Positions 47,154-49,367 of a stretch of 49,367 nt of DNA are shown here, piece by piece. Where the stretch lies: the NCBI GenBank assembly GCA_964525565.1, contig CAZGHI010000007.1, positions 2,904 through 52,270 on the forward strand. The letters run 5' to 3'. Origin of the DNA: an uncultured Hyphomicrobiales bacterium. GTDB lineage: Bacteria; Bacteroidota; Ignavibacteria; Kapaibacteriales; Kapaibacteriaceae. Below the pieces are notes generated by a model. That model saw only the letters and a list, made by a program, of their open reading frames with translations. It was not told the origin of the DNA and did not search any database. Made by a program: the position numbers and the translations under genes. How positions within the stretch are numbered: the first letter of the stretch is position 1; each line of letters opens with the position of its first letter.

Positions 47154-48497
47154 ATGTTTTTCAAAGCACCATTGTTTGCGTTTGTACTGTTACTGATTCT
47201 AACACAGAAACCGGTTCTCGCACAGGGGGGAATGAGCTTCGACGAGCTAACGGGAAAGCTGAGCGTGTACTTCGCAGATGAGCTGCTGGCTGACCTGCCA
47301 AAGAGTTTGCCACGCGGAATACCGTATCGCATATGGGGATGGGATGTTGGCGATTTCACTGGAGATGGTTACAACGATCTTGCTCTAAGTATTTACATCA
47401 GCACGTCCAGAAAACGCGAATGTCAGGTTTATCTCTTTGGGGATATAGACGGGTATTTGGTGAATGTAGCAACGTATGCTGTTCCGTTCATAGAGTTGCC
47501 ACTGGAGGTTGGAGTCGTAATTAAAGATACTACCTGCTACATTGCCCGTAAACGCAGAGACGAAGACTGGAGTGTAAAAGGTTACCGTTTCTACCAAGGA
47601 AGTATCATACTTGTTGATGAGTTTAGAAGTAACAAAGTTTTATCGTTTGATCATGAGACGTACAGGAATTATCGTACGCTAGAAACCAGAGAAACGTTTG
47701 CGGACAGGAATGGAAAGACGGTGTATGACAATCAATACATAACTATTCCATGTTACGACAGAATGCGCCAGTTGTATGCCGGGACAACAGGAGAAGCTCA
47801 CGTTTGGTCAATCCGCAACGTTCGTAGTGGTTCGTTTTGGTGGAAAGGGGAGACCGATGCCTCGTTCCGTGCCCGACTGGTTTACGATGCAAACTATGTG
47901 TATGTACGGGTAACCGTAATAGACAGCAACGTTGTAACGGGTTGGTGCGATACCTGCGCAGCCGACCGGCTAGAGGTGTGGTTTGAGACCAACATGCCGG
48001 ACGAGTGTTTATCGCGAACAATTGAGCGTATAGACAAAAAGGGCATTGTTCCCAGAAAGACGGCTTCATCAGGTATCTATGGTTTTGTTGTTACCATTGG
48101 AGATTTTGAAGACAAGCGGCCAAGTGTACGTTTGAAAACCACTGATGACGTTTTCAGTGAAAGCGCCGACCTTGTTTCTGACGTTCGCGTTGTTACCGCT
48201 CAGCATGTTAACGGTTACACGGTAAAGCTTAGAATACCTTTGGAACTCTTGGGCTTCGCTCAACCACCCGTTCAGGGTGCCGACGATTCAGAGATTGGCT
48301 GTACCATAATGGTTGTGGATGTGGACAACGATTTTCGTCCGGAAGAAACCACCATTATTGCTAGCAGCTCCTTAGAGTATATGAATCCAAGCACTTACGG
48401 GGGCTTACGCTTTATTCCAGCGGAAAAAATCTATGGCGAGGCGACCAATTTTTACGTTGATGCTGTAATTGCCAATCTTCGCGAATTGGGTTTTTAA
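47154..48497 (+). CDS. secreted hypothetical protein (FG-GAP/VCBS-like N-terminal motif, CBM9/DOMON-like C-terminal region)
   Basis: Signal peptide MFFKAPLFAFVLLLILTQKPVLAQ. WDVGDFTGDGYNDLAL. Later WWKGETDASFRARLVYDANYVYVRVTVID...DRLEVWFE, reminiscent of family-9 carbohydrate-binding-like modules. Confidence 0.55.
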   Translation: MFFKAPLFAFVLLLILTQKPVLAQGGMSFDELTGKLSVYFADELLADLPKSLPRGIPYRIWGWDVGDFTGDGYNDLALSIYISTSRKRECQVYLFGDIDGYLVNVATYAVPFIELPLEVGVVIKDTTCYIARKRRDEDWSVKGYRFYQGSIILVDEFRSNKVLSFDHETYRNYRTLETRETFADRNGKTVYDNQYITIPCYDRMRQLYAGTTGEAHVWSIRNVRSGSFWWKGETDASFRARLVYDANYVYVRVTVIDSNVVTGWCDTCAADRLEVWFETNMPDECLSRTIERIDKKGIVPRKTASSGIYGFVVTIGDFEDKRPSVRLKTTDDVFSESADLVSDVRVVTAQHVNGYTVKLRIPLELLGFAQPPVQGADDSEIGCTIMVVDVDNDFRPEETTIIASSSLEYMNPSTYGGLRFIPAEKIYGEATNFYVDAVIANLRELGF

Positions 48498-48542
48498 CCA
48501 TGCCCACCTAATTTTGCGCGCCTTTTAGACTTGTACCGCTAC

Positions 48543-48800
48543 ATGCAACACAATGAAGAGGATCCATCAAAACGTCGGGCAGCAATTGTTCAGCAACTTG
48601 CACCCTACATGGCTCTGGGTTCTCAACTGGCAGCGTCGGTTCTAGTGCTTGGGGGCATTGGCTGGCTTACCGACCGGACCTACGGAACAGAGCCATTGGG
48701 TATTGTTGTGGGCCTGTGTGTTGGATGCGTAGTTGGTTTTGTTCAGTTTTTACGATCGGTTCAGCAGTTGCTGAGCAAGGAACAGCAGAAGAAAAAATAA
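48543..48800 (+). CDS. AtpZ/AtpI-like small membrane protein preceding the F-ATPase genes
   Basis: 85 aa with two TM helices (MALGSQLAASVLVLGGIGWLTD; GIVVGLCVGCVVGFVQF) and a basic tail. This is the pattern and position of the small F0F1-associated subunit. ATG at 48543 (ORF open from 48531). Confidence 0.6.
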   Translation: MQHNEEDPSKRRAAIVQQLAPYMALGSQLAASVLVLGGIGWLTDRTYGTEPLGIVVGLCVGCVVGFVQFLRSVQQLLSKEQQKKK

Positions 48801-48813
48801 GAAAGGTGTGTAG

Positions 48814-49197
48814 GTGGACGGAAAGGAGTCGCTTGTATCTGCCGGAACCGCATTTGGCATTAGTGTGCTCAATGCGGTTGTTGGTATTCTGGTGGCTCGG
48901 TGGGCTTTTGGTAAGGAGTTGAACGTATTCCTTGCTTTGGTCTTTGGTTCGTTTGGCGTGCGAGCCTTGCTTGTTATCGTGGCTATTTGGATCTGCATGG
49001 GTCCGTTGAACATGGAGCAGGTGTCGTTTGCCTTAACGTTCGCGGTTGCCAGCATCATTTTTCTGATGGGAGAGATCTTTTTTTTTCATCAATGGTTCGA
49101 AAAACGCAAAAGAAAGGTCCGCCCACCGGTATCTGACCTGTTAAAAAAAAACGGTCGTAACAATTTCGTCATCTCCCGAATAGCAGTAGGTACATGA
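48814..49197 (+). CDS. ATP synthase protein I-like membrane protein
   Basis: 127 aa, GTG start, about four hydrophobic helices. It lies between the AtpZ-like gene and the next ORF, with an ATGA overlap. The assignment rests on context only. Confidence 0.45.
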   Translation: MDGKESLVSAGTAFGISVLNAVVGILVARWAFGKELNVFLALVFGSFGVRALLVIVAIWICMGPLNMEQVSFALTFAVASIIFLMGEIFFFHQWFEKRKRKVRPPVSDLLKKNGRNNFVISRIAVGT

Positions 49198-49367
49198 GCC
49201 AGGATACAACACATCAGTCTGAGTCAGCAGCCTCCCATACAAATGCCGGTAGCAACCATGCGCAACAAGGCGTTGGTCATAATGCTGTTGGCCAGGGCAC
49301 CGAAATACCGGGGTCAGAAGCAATCATGCATCTCATTGGTGAACTGGGAGACCATCACGAAGTAAAC
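49194..49367 (+). CDS. 5' end of a CDS running off the right edge (probably F0 subunit a, by operon position)
   Basis: The ATG at 49194 overlaps the upstream TGA. The frame is open for 58 codons to the window end (MSQDTTHQSESAAS...MHLIGELGDHHEVN). The product is inferred only from its position after the AtpZ/AtpI-like genes. Confidence 0.4.
   Translation, partial: MSQDTTHQSESAASHTNAGSNHAQQGVGHNAVGQGTEIPGSEAIMHLIGELGDHHEVN

Noticed and set aside
46547-47359. 270-aa minus-strand ORF
   Set aside because: It is antisense to the well-supported PfkB kinase gene and runs across an intergenic gap into the next gene. Its composition is Ser/Ala/Arg-rich, typical of shadow ORFs, and it has no motifs.
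1-49367. CRISPR arrays, transposases, integrases, phage genes, toxin-antitoxin pairs, retron or DGR reverse transcriptases
   Set aside because: I saw no periodic direct repeats, no recombinase- or RT-like translations in any of the supplied ORFs, and no tRNA-flanked insertion. The window reads as core chromosome.

Overview
This 49.4-kb window is compact, gene-dense chromosomal DNA, roughly 50% G+C by eye, made up mostly of housekeeping genes. Recognisable genes are acpS, purK, an LptF/G-type permease, tatC, dnaA, dapB, a deoxyhypusine-synthase-like gene, upp, dnaX, clpC, a family-4 UDG, ddl, a PfkB kinase, and the start of an F-type ATP synthase operon. The lineage looks like the FCB superphylum (Bacteroidota, Ignavibacteriota or Chlorobi-like). 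The evidence is five secreted proteins with Por/T9SS-type C-terminal sorting domains, few Shine-Dalgarno sites, and many ATGA/TAATG/GTGA start-stop overlaps. I found no rRNA, tRNA, CRISPR array, transposase, integrase or phage genes. I do not see a clearly recognisable new defence or mobile system. Six things deserve a second look. (1) One 677-679-codon ORF fuses a Bcp peroxiredoxin, a TatD hydrolase and an outer-membrane-barrel-like domain in frame, with an internal Met at each junction and a signal-peptide-like segment at the second junction. (2) A PhoX/DUF839-like T9SS phosphatase is interrupted by a single in-frame UGA, followed by a foldable hairpin. (3) The gene next to it, a di-haem cytochrome c peroxidase, is broken by a 1-nt frameshift. 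(4) A tightly packed co-directional block at 18.2-27.7 kb encodes a MOP-like membrane protein, two permease-less ABC ATPase genes, a 1210-aa beta-propeller/Ig-like T9SS protein and a barrel-polyPro-OmpA protein. (5) Two tandem S8 peptidases are translationally coupled to a crotonase and a secreted protein. (6) A small AT-rich orphan ORF lies at 28.9-29.2 kb. All functional calls come from reading motifs in the supplied translations; no database search was run.
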